Of a DNA stretch of 64,000 bases, positions 32,788 to 45,808 are shown piece after piece. The stretch's first letter is position 1, and each line of letters opens with the position of its first letter. Source of the stretch: Eledone cirrhosa (lineage: Eukaryota); the NCBI GenBank assembly GCA_964016885.1, contig CAXHJY010000554.1, forward strand, positions 1 to 64,000. Direction: 5' to 3'. Position numbers and translations under genes: made by a program. A model generated the notes under the pieces. That model saw only the letters and a list, made by a program, of their open reading frames with translations. It made no database searches and was not told where the DNA came from.

Positions 32788-33171
32788 GCTATCAACTAAT
32801 CTAGCCACCAAGATTCTGTCAATCGACTTTTTCCCCGGAAAACGGAAACCCTGACCCTAATCAGGGGAAAAAAGTCTGTTGCGAGCATCTAAGAGGTTCA
32901 TAAAAAATTGAGGAAAGATAATTATTTCCCACCAAACGCGAGAGGCGTGTCGAGCTGCGAAACTCAGATGGTCCTTTCGCTCCCTTTCACCTCGCTTTTC
33001 CTACAAATCTAGTCGTTTCTGACTGGTTCGGAGATCCTATTCGTTGCCCCCCCCCCCCCCCCATCGTAATGAAAACCCTAAAGTGGGGGTCCGATGGGGG
33101 GGGGGCACCCCCTCCGTTCTCCAGGGAAAAAATCGATTGCTAGAATATTGGATGTTAGATTAGATGATAGC
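32788..33171. mobile_element. MITE-like element with ~60-bp imperfect terminal inverted repeats
   Basis: GCTATCAACTAATCTAGC..AATCGACTTTTTCCCCGGAAAACGGA versus TCCGTTCTCCAGGGAAAAAATCGATT..GTTAGATTAGATGATAGC. Confidence 0.65.
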
Positions 33172-33964
33172 ACAATATATGTGTGTGTGTGTTGAACTTC
33201 TTTCTTTTCTCTCTTTCACCCAAAGCGTGAACCTTATAACATTAATTGTATTTGTATCTGTGTTTGTCATTTCTTATTACACACACCCTTCTCTATATAA
33301 GTATATTCAAGTTATTTCCATTTTATTTTATCACTGTATATAAAAATATAATATAATATATTCAAAATACCTTTTATCGTAATATTGTTTTCAAGAATAT
33401 CAGTAAACGCATTTGGTTATATCTATTATAACTAGCTGATCCCGTGGCAATTCAAAGATTTAATTGAGTATTAAAGATCAATATGGCATTTTAAGTGTTT
33501 TCTTTACAAGTTACACACACACACACAAACAAACAAACTATTGTATACAGTGCTTCATTGCATGTAGGCATGGTCGCTAAATCCTTGTAGGAGTCGTAGG
33601 GGTGTCGTATATGTTTGTAGGGTATTTTCTTTCAAAACCTGGTGGAGCCCATCTCTCCATGTCTGTAGATCGCTGGACGAAATACCTTACGATTTTCATT
33701 TAGTTACAGCCTTTCGCGTTTGAAATCCCGCCAGATGTACTTTCTCTTTCGTACTTGCCGAGTTTATAAAATAAACACCAGTTTTACTATTGTAAAATTA
33801 TTATTATTATGAAATCATTATTTTTTATTGTTACCTTTCTCTTTACTATTGTCAAACCTGTTTACACGCACCCTACACGCCGACACACACATTCTGTTTT
33901 CATGTACCGTCCCAATGTTTTCTTAATGTAAACCCTTTGTGGTGAATAAGGAAATCATTATTAT

Positions 33965-34230
33965 TGGCAGAATCGATAGAGCGTCGGACACCATGCTCTG
34001 CGGCATAGAGTTTCGACTTTTTAACGTTCTGAGTTCAAATCCTGCGTAGGGAGCTTTGCTTTTCATCCTTATGGGGTCGATAAAATAAATTACCACATCC
34101 TGCGTAGGTGAGCTTTGCTTTTCATCCTTATGGGGTCGATAAAATAAATTACCAGCAACGCAGTGTCGATTTAATCGACTTTCCTGTCCCCATCTCCCAA
34201 ATGGTTGGCCTTGTGCCTAAATCGAAAATC
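33965..34230 (+). mobile_element. tRNA-derived SINE, second family (internal ~58-bp duplication here); further copies near 29680(-), 37710, 38300, 39920, 42290, 43960, 48670(-), 49990, 50220, 53450(-), 55000(-), 57405
   Basis: Shared core GAGTTCAAATCC..TTTGCYTTTCATCCTTAYGGGGTCGATAAAATAAAGTACCAG..GGCCTTGTGCCTAAA and (ATT)n tail. Confidence 0.8.
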
Positions 34231-35385
34231 ATTATCATCAGGTAAACATATTTTTGTTATATGGTTTCATGACGTCAGTTCAAGTTATGTGAAAGTCACG
34301 AGAAGGCAAAATACGCCATAATGATTTTATAACAAGCAATTAAAACCAAATTGTTGATTCTGAAAGTTGTACGGCGTAAGTTAAGGGAGATAAATAAATT
34401 GTTGCTAAGGAATTATTAGCACCTGGTAACAATCATCAGGTGGCAGCATGTGTTACCAAAACAAAAACGAAAAAATCTCAGACTGTTAGTTAAAGGGTGA
34501 ATGTAATTAAGGGCACTGTAATAATGTAATAAATGAAGGTAATTTGTTTATCAATAAAAACAAAGTAGATTATTTATATTTTTACATAGTATACTATAAA
34601 GTAGTTTCTGTTACATTTAATTTCATCTCATGGCTAAATTTCCGTAAGATTTTGATACGTGGAAGACTGCCATATTTTGACAAGCGTTGACACGCGATTG
34701 TGGGTTTGTTAGAGGAAAAAAATAAGTGGCCAGAGGAAATAGAGAAAGGACAAGTGGTGTTGTGTGTTACAGATCGGATTATTATTGTGCGCCGTTATGT
34801 GAGAGGTTTGGGGTTGATTTCAAGCAAAAGGGATTTCCTGCGATGTTTTTTCTTTTCTCTTTTTTTATTTGCAATTACTTCCTCACAAACAAGCTATACG
34901 TTTCACGCACACATCTCACGTTTTTGTGTATAATACTCCATTTACACTTGCGTGTGCGCGCGCCCACACACATACATACAAACACACACACATACACACA
35001 TATATACGCATTTCTTGGCCCCGCTTTCCTTCATATATAACCATATAACACCTGTACATTCTCTCTGTCACCAATACAATTCTCACCAGACGCCTACTCA
35101 CAAGACTTAACCATTGTATCTTACTCCCGCTCTCATTTACTCACATACGTCAATGTTAAATCTGGGCGGTATCGTTAGGAAATATAGAAAAGAAATTGTT
35201 TTATGAGAATTAAATTATATTTTATATTTTATGAAGAATAAATAGCTAATAAGGCGAACACTGAATAATTAATGAGACGGACTGGAGTTTTGCCCTCTTT
35301 TCTGTTTGTGTAGGTGGCTTCCACAGTATTTCTGAAGAGAAGTAGTTTTGGATCTATCGTAGAGATAAACAGATCGATCGAAACA

Positions 35386-35796
35386 ATGCCCCAACATTGC
35401 GTAGTTCGATTTTGTGATACCGTTCAGTCTTCGAGTTCAGAACCAGCCACTAGTTTACACCGCTTTCCAAAGGATCCCGTTCTAAGGTCCAAATGGATCA
35501 ATTTCGTGCAGACAGGGCGTAAAAACTGGACACCCAATGGCTCATCTGCCATATGTTCGCTTCATTTCACCAGCGAAGACTCACTAGGAGTTTTAATGAA
35601 GAAATTCGGATGCCGTACACGCATATTCTTGAAACAAGGAGCGATACCAACAATACAGTGCCCTAAAATGGCATTGTGTGCAGAGAAACCCACAGAGCAA
35701 AGACAGGATTTAGTCAGTGATAAAGCGATAAATGAAAATATAGCCCTGTCCGGCGGAAATCCATCAGTTCCAAAATTATCTAAAGGAAACTCTCTG
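35386..35796 (+). CDS. Coding exon: complete THAP zinc finger plus linker, phase-0 donor; an in-frame acceptor also lies at 35313/35314
   Basis: MPQHCVVRFC...LHRFPKDP..RSKW...ICSLHF...LKQGAIPTI is the canonical C2CH THAP with conserved P, W, F and an AVPTIF-like box; ends CTG|GTAAGT; upstream CCCTCTTTTCTGTTTGTGTAG|GTG. Confidence 0.9.
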
Positions 35797-36499
35797 GTAA
35801 GTTGATTGCGGTTGCTAAATATTAGTGTTTACATTAGATAACTACTAAAATACTTTTCAATGTTTAGTTACGTCACTTTATATACAGAGTTCAAATATTG
35901 CAGGGTCTAATTTGCCTTTAATCCTCCTCAAGTTGATATATGTACCAGTTGTTATAGTAGTAAATTACCGGTATCGATTCAGTCGACTCCTTATTTCATA
36001 AATATTTATGAAGTATTAATTTCATAATTCAGATAGACAATGAAGACGAGGTGACAATCGAGTAAATTCAGTAAAATTCTAGGATTAATTACCCGAAATT
36101 CTCTGCAAAAAGTTAACATAGTCTTTCGTTCTCCAGTATCAATAAAATACGTATCAATAATATATTGTAGTTAGTTTAATTGACTTTCTTCTGAAACAAC
36201 AATAGGCCCTTTATATTGTCAAAAGAAACCAGTATTTCACAGTTTCTTATTTTATACATTAGGGACCAGCTTAGCTTTTGCATCCTTCTAGGGACAACCA
36301 ATACGCAAGAGTAATTTGCTGGTTCGTCTCTGTTGAGAATTTACAGAGTTTCCATTAATTCGTGTGTGAATCTTTATCCTTAGAATTGAAGGATTTTAGA
36401 CAAAAATAATGATTTTTAAAAATATATTATTGTAATTGTTTTCTTCTTTTGGCGTACTTGCATCTAATAAAAAAAAATATTTTCATATGTAAACCCCCA

Positions 36500-37437
36500 G
36501 TCACTCATGCAGCACCCTACATCAAACCTATCGAATGCAAGTCGGAGATCAACCTTCTGTTGAGTTAAATAATACCATGTCTGCAAAATCCAGCTGACTG
36601 ATTTTACACCCGCCAGTCGTGATACCACTTCCAACCTGGCTGCGCATGTTAATCTTGTTCATGTAAATAATGAACAGGAGATGTGACAATGGTTTCAGGT
36701 TAGCACCATTTATCTCAACACAAATACTCGGGCTCTCATATAGAGACATCAGGGCAGCAAGAAGCTGACTATCGAACCCATACTCCTGCAGAACCTTCCA
36801 CAGCAGGTCCTAAGGAACGCAGTCATATGCCTTTTCAAGGTTGACAAAACAAGAATATACTTCTTGACAATACTCCCATGATTTCTCGAAGACCTGCTGC
36901 AGTGTGAATATTTGGTCGGCTGTGCTGCATCCAGGCTGAACACCACACTGTTCATCAACTAGCTTGGACTCAACAATCTCCCTGCATCTCTTTGTATAGA
37001 CTTTACTGGGGAGTCTTAACAAGTCAAAATTGGAATTACCACTCACGATTGCCATTGCTTAGGTACCTTTCCACACTCAGCATACACAAGTCAGCCAGAG
37101 AATACCTTCTCTATTTAAGGATTTTAACATCTCGGGTCGGATTTCATCTTCCCCAGTGGCCTTACCACATTTGAGTTCTTTAACTGCTCTTGTGATCTCA
37201 GCCTCTTTGATTAGTCATCGCTCTCAGATGCACCGCATGTACATCAGAAGATGCTGTTGTGATCGGGTTTAGGAGAGCAGCAAGTTGGTTGGATAACATC
37301 CATGAGCTTGGCTGGTCTCACTTGTGGATCCATCCGGATCAGTTAGAGACAGTTGCTTCTGACAGCACCCATTGGAAGGAGTGTTTCAGGACTCTGCTCC
37401 ACCACCCTCTCAGGAATAAGTGGCTGAAGAAGAAATC
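36500..37437. mobile_element. RTE family C copy with inverted 5' part (minus to ~37280) and short plus-strand 3' end
   Basis: Minus: QCGVQPGCSTADQIFTLQQVFEKSWEY..FVNLEKAYDCVP..LDFAD; plus: DNIHELGWSHL...CAGGAATAAGTGGCTGAAGAAG. Confidence 0.75.
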
Positions 37438-39272
37438 CCTAGTCCCTGGCTCTTGTATTGTTTATAATGTTTTGGGCCCTAGTGGCCAATAAAATTATTA
37501 TTATTAGTAGTAGTAGTCATATTTTCATTGCGTGTTGTCACTGCATTACCGAGCACAGCCTTGTGCGTCTTGGGTACGTACAGTGTTGTTTCCATTGCAT
37601 TGAAAGAACTCTTCATAATGTTTGTGCAAAATGTACCAGTGCTATTTTCTGTACGTAGTGTATATTTTACTCCTGGGGTTTTGATTATGTATTTGTCTTA
37701 TTATTATGGTGAATTGGCAATATCGGTAGAGGGTCAGACACCATGCTTCACAGCATAGAGTTAGGTCTCTATCCAATCTCAGTCCAAATCCTGCAAAGGT
37801 TAGCTTTGTCTTTCATTCTTATGGGGTCGATAAAATAAAGTACCAGTAATGCACTGGGTCGATTTAATCGACTTTCCCCTCTCCCCAAAATTGTTAACGT
37901 TGTGCCTAAATCAGAAATCATTATCATTATTATTATGGTGGAAAGAGAAGTGCTGTCCCCCAGTACATTTGCTAAAAGGTCGGTGAATGTGGCGAGAATG
38001 GGCCTACTCTGAGCATGCGCCTGTAGGCTGGTTGATTTGAGGAGGTGCCCTTCCTGGGTGTTCTTGAAGCATTGGGTATTTCAGGATTAGTGGGGTACCT
38101 GAATCACCCCTGGGAATTATGGGGAATTATGTTTGTATTTTTATTGCTTATTATTATTGCTGTATTTATTTTTTTTACTATTTCTACCCCCACCCCACTG
38201 TCCGTCGTTTTGTATTGTCCCCTATATGTAGGCTCTTGTGGCAAATACAGAAAAAAATTATTAAGTATTGGAGAAAAATACATGCAGTGTTTGTTCTGAA
38301 TTCAATTACTGCCATGGTCAGCATTACTTTTCATACTCTGAGGTCGATAAAATAGAGTACCAATAAAGCACTGGGGTTGTTTTAATCGATCACCTCCCCT
38401 CATCAAATTTCTGGATTTGTGCCTGTGTTAAAAACGATTATTATTATTGTTATTTCTTTTGTGATCATTATCAATTACTTGGATCAGGAGAAAGTGAGTG
38501 GGTAGTTGTTTTCAGCTACATGCATGGAGGTTGTCATAAAAGTGCCTTATTTGCAGTAAGAAATGTATGCTTTGTACACACACACACACACACATTTATC
38601 TTGGTGTTGCATTTATAAGAAGTGTAATTCAGCAAGCCTTCCAGCACTAAGAGCCTTAAGCCCCTCCAATAATGTGGAAACTTGTTCAATGATCTTGGTT
38701 TTTACAACACAGATTTTCTACTGACTCTAAATGTTAGTATGATCATGTTTTTAATTTCTTTTGTAGTCTTGTATTGGTGATAAAAAAAAGTATGAGCTAA
38801 TAATGATAATACACATGTACAGTATATATAGTTAAGGCCCTCCCCAATCCCAAAACTGTATCAGAAGCTCTGTTTGGATTAGGTGCAGACAGCTCACTTT
38901 TAAGGTATGAAATTAATTTAGGTGCTGTAATTGTAGTATGTATGCAGTGCTAGTCAGTCCTATTTTTAAAAAATTTTCTGAACAGATGATTCACCTGGGA
39001 TATTGCTAGATGTTTCTCACAACCTTTTCTTATCATACCTGGTGAGTGGTACTGTTATTGTTTGAATATTTCACGTATTTTCAATCTCTATTCCTAGGTT
39101 TTGGTATTTGCTTGGTATTTGAATACACAGATCAGTTAATTTGCAGATTTTATCTTTCCTGTCTGTGATGATGATAATATCTGGCATGATCACTAGAACT
39201 GTGCAGTTTGTGCTAAAATCCGAAAGTACCCTTACATTATGTTATTGGTTCTTGGCTGTTTTTATTTTCTAG

Positions 39273-39341
39273 TTGCATAGTGAAAATCAGAAAAGAAGCA
39301 CAGCAAATCTTCATCTGCCTAGTAGCTATGGCAAAACAACT
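39273..39341 (+). CDS. Possible internal exon (LHSENQKRSTANLHLPSSYGKTT)
   Basis: Strong acceptor TTTTTATTTTCTAG|TTG opening a phase-0 frame; donor uncertain (ACT|GTATGG at 39342, phase 0, or AAG|GTTTGA at 39364, phase 1). Confidence 0.3.
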
Positions 39342-41788
39342 GTATGGTGGACATGTCTAAAAGGTTTGAAGAGAAAAATCTTCCTCTCCAGCCATGCCCT
39401 CACCAACTTCAAGTATTCCTTGAAGAGGAAGATGCTGCCTTCTAGTGTGTTTTATAAAAGATGAGTGACAGGAAGGGTATCCAGCCATAGAAATCTTGCC
39501 AAAGGGTTGGGAGGATCCCTTCAGTTGTGTCAAAGACATGGCAGCCTACCCTGCGCACTCGGGATAACATGAGACCGTACATAAGCAAGATGACAGATCC
39601 CTAGCTTGTCTGGGAGATCATTAGCCCCGCTTCTATACTTTGGCAGAAATGAACATTTATAGAAATAGTAAACTATGTTATTGAAAGAAACAGCTTTTCC
39701 AAGAAACAAAATACAAATATTTGTCTTTGACCTGTGAGACATTGTATGTTTATGAAAAAATATTTCAAATATTGGGCCTGCATAATAAAAAATGAAGGCT
39801 ATTATAATCATGAACACTTGGATAATGCTATTTTAGTTGTAAGAATTCAAAATACACCAATGAATGAATAGGCCCTCAAATGGACCAGTAACCAGTCATA
39901 TTATTACTGATTAATGAAGGGCGGAATTAGTAAAGGACCGGACAAATGCCTCAGAGTATTTAGCTACGTTTCTTCATGTTCTAAGTTCAAATCTTGCTAT
40001 GCCTTTCATTCTTCCAAAGTTGATAAAATAAGTAACAATCAAGTATTGTGGTTGTTGTAACTATTTGGAAGACCCCGTTTAAGGGTGAAGGCAGGAATTG
40101 TTTGCTTAAACGTTTAATCTGTGCTAATAAATAAATATTGTCTAAGCACCTGAAGATTAGGTCATAATTTTGATCCCTATGACAATCTGGAGATGTGGTC
40201 AATATTGGGCCTTGTGTTCAGTGTATAAACATAAGTAATTAATATATATCAGACCTCATTCCTGATTGAGCAGTTTTCCTTTTTCAGACCTATGAGTATT
40301 TTCTACACACACACACACACATATATATATATAGACCTGCCTTCCCATGTGCACGGGTTGAAGCATATATCTTGTATGCACTGCTTTCCCCTTCCCACAC
40401 TGTAAAGTGATCTTGTAGGTGCCACGGTAAAAAAGCACCCAGCTCACACTGTAAATGTGGTTGGTGTTAGGAAGGGCATCCAGCTGTAGAAACCAAGTCA
40501 AAACCAGTCCTGTATGAACAAATCATGGTCATCAGATCGGGCTTGTCTCACAATGGGGTAACTCATCTAACCCATGCTAGCATGGAAAATACACATTTAA
40601 CGGTGATGATGATGATTATTTATTGAACATTGTGAGTCAACAAATTCTTAAAAATGGGCATAGATGTCCACATATTCAAAGGTTAGAGAATTATGGTTTG
40701 TTTCTTGTTCAGCTGGTTTGTATATGTCTTATATTTGTTTGTGTATGTCTTATATATATAGATCTTCGTTTTGTATTCACACCCTACTTACACACAGAAA
40801 TATTTAGTTGTACAAACAGGAGAAACACAGTTTAACCCTTTAAACCAGCCATATCCGGCCAGAATTCTCTCACCTCTTTCTATTCAAACCGGCTGTAACT
40901 GGCCATTCATACTGATGTTAAGGTATTGTTCTCAAAATAAATAATAACAAAATCTCATAGATCCGATATTATGTGAGGTAAAGCCTTTACCATGAAAATA
41001 CAACAGTAAATATAGAGTAATGTAAATGCTAAAGTCTTAATAAAGTGCTCTTAGGCATGAAATTCATGACCCTTGGGTCACTTGTCTGGTACAGTTTCAC
41101 AGCAATTATAATTATACATATATAGATAGTTAATGGTGAAATGCAAAGCAGTGACAAAATATTCAATGCCATAGGAGAGTACAATAAAATTTATTCAACC
41201 CTGAGTTTTTGTGAATTGCCACTCGAAGTTTCTTGGTATATGCAAGTATAAAGCTTTAACGCATATGCCCTGTAAGTGCAGGAATATATAGAATTGATGC
41301 TGAAAAGTTAACGCTTCTTTGGTAATTACATATTTAAAATTCAGCAATAACCTTCGCTTCACTATCAGGTAAATATTTTGTAACTAAAAATTGTATATTT
41401 GAATCAGGGGGAAAATTGTTTTATTTATTAAGATGAATTAATTATCTCCCTTGAACTGCGAAGCTAAAGCAAGAGACTTAATTTACTACTAAACTGTTGG
41501 GAATGCTTTCATTTCTATAAAAGTACAACTAAATCATATCATTGAAAAGAGAAAAACAATTGGACAAACACTATAAAATAATTTCTCCCTAGTATATGAT
41601 ATATTTAATAGCTTATCTCGTTCAAAGTAATAATGTCAAGTTTATCTTCCGTTGATGCTAGCTTGGTTTCAACTTCTTTTTCTTTCAGCAACTGACTCAC
41701 TCAGTTGATTATGCTTGTTTTCATATCTAGTAAGAATTAGAATATATTTTATAGTATAATATATCATGTAATTTTTTTTTCCTTGTAG

Positions 41789-41828
41789 CTGAAAACTCAG
41801 AATCAACTAAATGAAGAATTTGATATTG
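41789..41828 (+). CDS. 40-nt internal microexon, phase 0 in and phase 1 out (LKTQNQLNEEFDI-G)
   Basis: Acceptor TTTTTTTTTCCTTGTAG| and donor TTG|GTAAGT; open in frame 0. Confidence 0.7.
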
Positions 41829-42539
41829 GTAAGTCTGATGTTTCAATATTCCCATCTTTTTATTTTTTAAAATTTGTAATATATATCTTCTGATGAAGGA
41901 CTAGCATTTGAAACGTTAAGGCTCTTTTCCTTCTATATCAAGCATAAAACTAATAATATATTTCTTCATTGTACTATGTCATTTGCTTTGTTATTTCTGT
42001 TTGCCCTTTGCATACATATATAGGTGTGTGTGTGGGGCTGTGTATGTAGTTGATGGCTGAGAGTTTTATCTGCGATAATAAGCAGGCGAAACTCCAGTAT
42101 AGCAAGACTCACTATTTATCCTTAATAAAATGAATATATATATAAACTGCTCTGGCAGAGAATGTGTTGTAGCAATTTACATAGCTATCAAATTTAACAT
42201 TTTTTAATAACAAATGGTGTTGCTTCTTGTTTTCAGCAGGTTATTAAATATTCATATATGAATAAATGCTCCAGATACAAGCTTGGCAAAGAATTAAGGC
42301 AGTGTTGGATAAATACTTTGCATTTTGAATTCAAATTCCATTGAGGTCAACTTTGCCGTTTATCCTTCAGGGGTAGATAAAATAAAGTACCAGTCAACTA
42401 CTGATTATCGTTTTACACCCCACCCACCCTTTCCCAATAAAGTTCTTGCTTTGTGCCTGTTGTATCAATGGCAGTCTGCTGTTTTAGTTAAGCTACTTTT
42501 TTGTAGAATGTTTTTTTTTATCATAACCACTATTATGTA

Positions 42540-42735
42540 CAAGGGTCGGCTGAAAAGTTCATAGGCTGACCAAGATACTCATGTAACGACCAAGTGAGGT
42601 TTATTTCTCGACATTGTCCCTGGAAAGAAACAATTCAGTTATTAATAAGAAGAGTTGAAATTAACGCATGCAAGATTTCACAGCTTTAGCATCAATCCTT
42701 CATAGTCAGCCTATGAACTTTTCAGCCAACCCTTG
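42540..42735. mobile_element. Mariner-type MITE with TA target duplication; second copy at ~43102-43274
   Basis: TA|CAAGGGTCGGCTGAAAAGTTCATAGGCTGAC ... GTCAGCCTATGAACTTTTCAGCCAACCCTTG|TA. Confidence 0.85.
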
Positions 42736-43540
42736 TATATTGTTATTTACAATGATTCATTGCCAAACTAGATGCCTCACATTTCTACATTCAGGCCTTG
42801 CTAGGACATTTTTAACCTTTTGACTCTGATGAAATAAGTACTAGTTTTATATTCAGGTTGATTAGATTAAAGGACTGTCCTTCTTTTTCAATATTCAAGA
42901 CTTTGTAACTAATGTTGAACAAATATTTTTCCCTTATATAATTATTATTCAGTAAAAGAGGAAAGTCGGGGAATGCTTGTGAGTGGGAAGAGAGTGCAGA
43001 AAGTATGACCAAATACACAATAACAAAAATTAAAATGAGTTGGTAACTAAGATTTTTAATTGGCAAATATGAAAGAAAAATTTAGATATTTCATCCTTAT
43101 ATGAGTGTCGGCAGAAAAGTTCATAGGCTGACCAAATAAGACTTATTTTTCAACATAGTCCCTAGAAAGAAACAATGCAGTTATTAAGAAGGAATGAAAT
43201 TAGTGCATGCAAGATTTCACAGCACAAACATCATTTCTTCATAGTCATCCTATGAACTTTTCAGTCAAACCTTGTATAATTTCACAATATTTGTTGAACT
43301 GTGTTAACAACCAAAACTGAACCAAATAGAGTATACAGAATTATATTTTTATTTGGCATGGGGAAAGGGAATTGTTTAAAAATTAAAGAAATATTAGATG
43401 TAATCTACATGATAAATAATATTTATATAGGCCAAAACATTTTTAATGGAATATTTAAAAAGTTGAAGCAAGATCAAATATAAATTAAAAAGCTGAAGTA
43501 AGATAAAATACAAATTAAAAAGCTGAAGTAAGATAAAATA

Positions 43541-44586
43541 CAGGGTAACCAGGCAGTCAATACATTTTTATTGCAATGTTCACAGATAACTTTTTGAACA
43601 TCTGCTTTAAAATATATAGAGGAACAGAGGTCAGATTTTCAAACATTTACTTTAATTATATTTTTTAAACTACTTTTGATGTATGTATAATTTCGTAATG
43701 CATGACCAGAATTTAGTAAATATCATCACTAGGAATATAAATATTGAACTGTCCGGTTACGTATGACTCACCCTATATAACAATTAAAAAGGAAAATGAT
43801 GAGAGTTAATGGTTTGGTGAATTGTATGGGTCACTTTGAGATGGATTATTTGATGCCAAGAAATAGTTATGGAAGATCAGAATCAATTATGAGATTGACA
43901 ACAGCAACAGCTGTTTGTATTTAAAAGTAGTAGTAGTGATGTTAGTAGCTATTGACGCATAGAGTTACGGCCCTTGCCATTCTGAGTTCAAATCCTGTCG
44001 AGGTTAACTTTGCCTTTCATCCTTACGGGGTCGATAAAATAAAGTACCAGTAATGCACTGGGTAATTGATGGCATTGTGCCAAAAGTAGAAACAATTATT
44101 ATTGTAAAAATCAGCAGTGAGACCATTTAATTGTTGCCTCTGTCAATAAATTTACCTCAAATAAGGTTTGTAGCTGCACTCATACAAGATTGATTGTGTT
44201 GATTTTTGATAATTGATTGAATCATCGTTGCGATGTATTTGATACTTATTTCATTAAAAGTCAGCTTGTAAAAGGTAAACAATTAGTGTATTTAATTATA
44301 AACCAATAATTCAAACAATGGAATATATTTTATGTTGTGAGGACTAAAAGTCCATCGTTTTGGACATATCCCAACATTGGAGATTGAATAAAATCATGTT
44401 TTCATGCTAACAAATGGTGTATTTATTTACAATTTTTACAAATGCTCAATATGTAAATAACTTTATAAACATTTTAAAAAGTTATAAAAAATGAATCAAC
44501 TTTATATTTAGACATGTATCGGACAAGTTACCGCATGATTATATGGTCATTTGTTTAAAAAATATAGCCGTTTTGATTACACCCTG
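43541..44586. mobile_element. Possible decayed Tc1/mariner-type element containing a SINE insertion
   Basis: TA|CAGGGT ... ACCCTG|TA termini with weak subterminal complementarity. Confidence 0.4.
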
Positions 44587-44591
44587 TATAT

Positions 44592-44913
44592 CAGAGGTTC
44601 TCAAACTTTTTGCCCCCCCCCCCCCCCCCCCCCCCAAATAACGGCCACGTAATACTATCAGTGCCCCACCCATATTTCCAGAGAGACCTGCCTACACGCA
44701 AATTGTAAATAATATATAAATAAAATCGTTAATTTATATATAATATAATATACACTATGTATAAACATTATATATTTTTTATTTTACTATATTTATATAT
44801 ATGTATCATTTGATATTTAATATACTATTATATAATCTCTACCGCCAGCAACCCCATGGACCTTCTCAACACATCCGGGGGCGGGATGGGATAGCGCCCA
44901 ATTTGAGAACCTG
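44592..44913. mobile_element. hAT-type MITE with 8-bp TSD
   Basis: CAGAGGTTCTCAAA ... TTTGAGAACCTG flanked by CTGTATAT on both sides (44584-44591, 44914-44921). Confidence 0.75.
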
Positions 44914-45384
44914 CTGTATATCAAAGTGACCACCAGTAGATGTTAAAATGTACCAAGTATATAATTACCGTTTATAGCAAGGTCAAATTATAAACTACCC
45001 CCCAATTTTAAAAATTATTTTAAATAATCACCTGCACTGTTCCACTCTTATTCCACTCCCAGTTGAGTGGTTGCCAATAGGAAGGACATCCAAATGAATA
45101 TAAAACTGTAAAAGAAAGTAAAATAAAAGTGATATCTTTCGTTTGGCACCTCCCACTCCCTTAAGATTGACAAAAATGTCACCTACTGGAATAAACTATA
45201 AATGTATGCAAGGTTTTAATATACTACTTAAGTTGTTTTCGGCAGAGATTTTTGTTGGGTCCAATTTAATTCTGATAGAAACTGATTTTGTTAGAATTAA
45301 ATTAAGCAACGTGACAACGAAACATTAATGAGAAGATACGAGAGTTATCGAGTTTTTAAACCATTCAAACAGCTTTTATCAACA

Positions 45385-45426
45385 GACCAATGAGAAACGG
45401 GTAGACGGTAGAAGGCGGTGGTCTAC
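45385..45426 (+). promoter_or_regulatory. Putative promoter block: CCAAT plus GTAGAC..GTCTAC inverted pair, shared with 55157-55188
   Basis: GACCAATGAGAAACGGGTAGACGG..GGTGGTCTACA versus GACCAATCAGAAGCAGGTAGACGGTGGTCTACA. Confidence 0.55.
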
Positions 45427-45567
45427 ATGGGATTGTGTCTTTATTATATATTTTTTGCTAGCATTTTGATAGCCTCTGCTACGTGACAAAATTCCGTGCT
45501 AGAACTCCAACTGGCCTTCTTTTTCTATTCTGAGGCTCGCTAGTTCCTTTCTTTATTGTTCGCCACA

Positions 45568-45808
45568 ATGCCGGCTAACTGTATAGTGAAAGGCTGTCGC
45601 TCCATTCAGAAGAAAGGCGGGCCGATTAGCTTCTACCGACTACCATGGAAAAATGTCCGTTTAAGAAACGAGTGGATACGACGAGCTGGTTATGATCCGA
45701 ATAACTACGAGGAAGTGAAGCATATAAGTCGTGACCATCGAGTATGCAGCAGGCATTTCTGGAACAACCGCAAGGAAAGTCCTTATGATCTCCCGACGTT
45801 TTATCTGG
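45568..45808 (+). CDS. Coding exon 1: compact THAP domain (paralogue a), phase-1 donor
   Basis: MPANCIVKGC...ISFYRLPW...RNEWIRR...RVCSRHF...DLPTFY; homology with 55313 stops just after CTGG|GTAAA. Confidence 0.85.
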
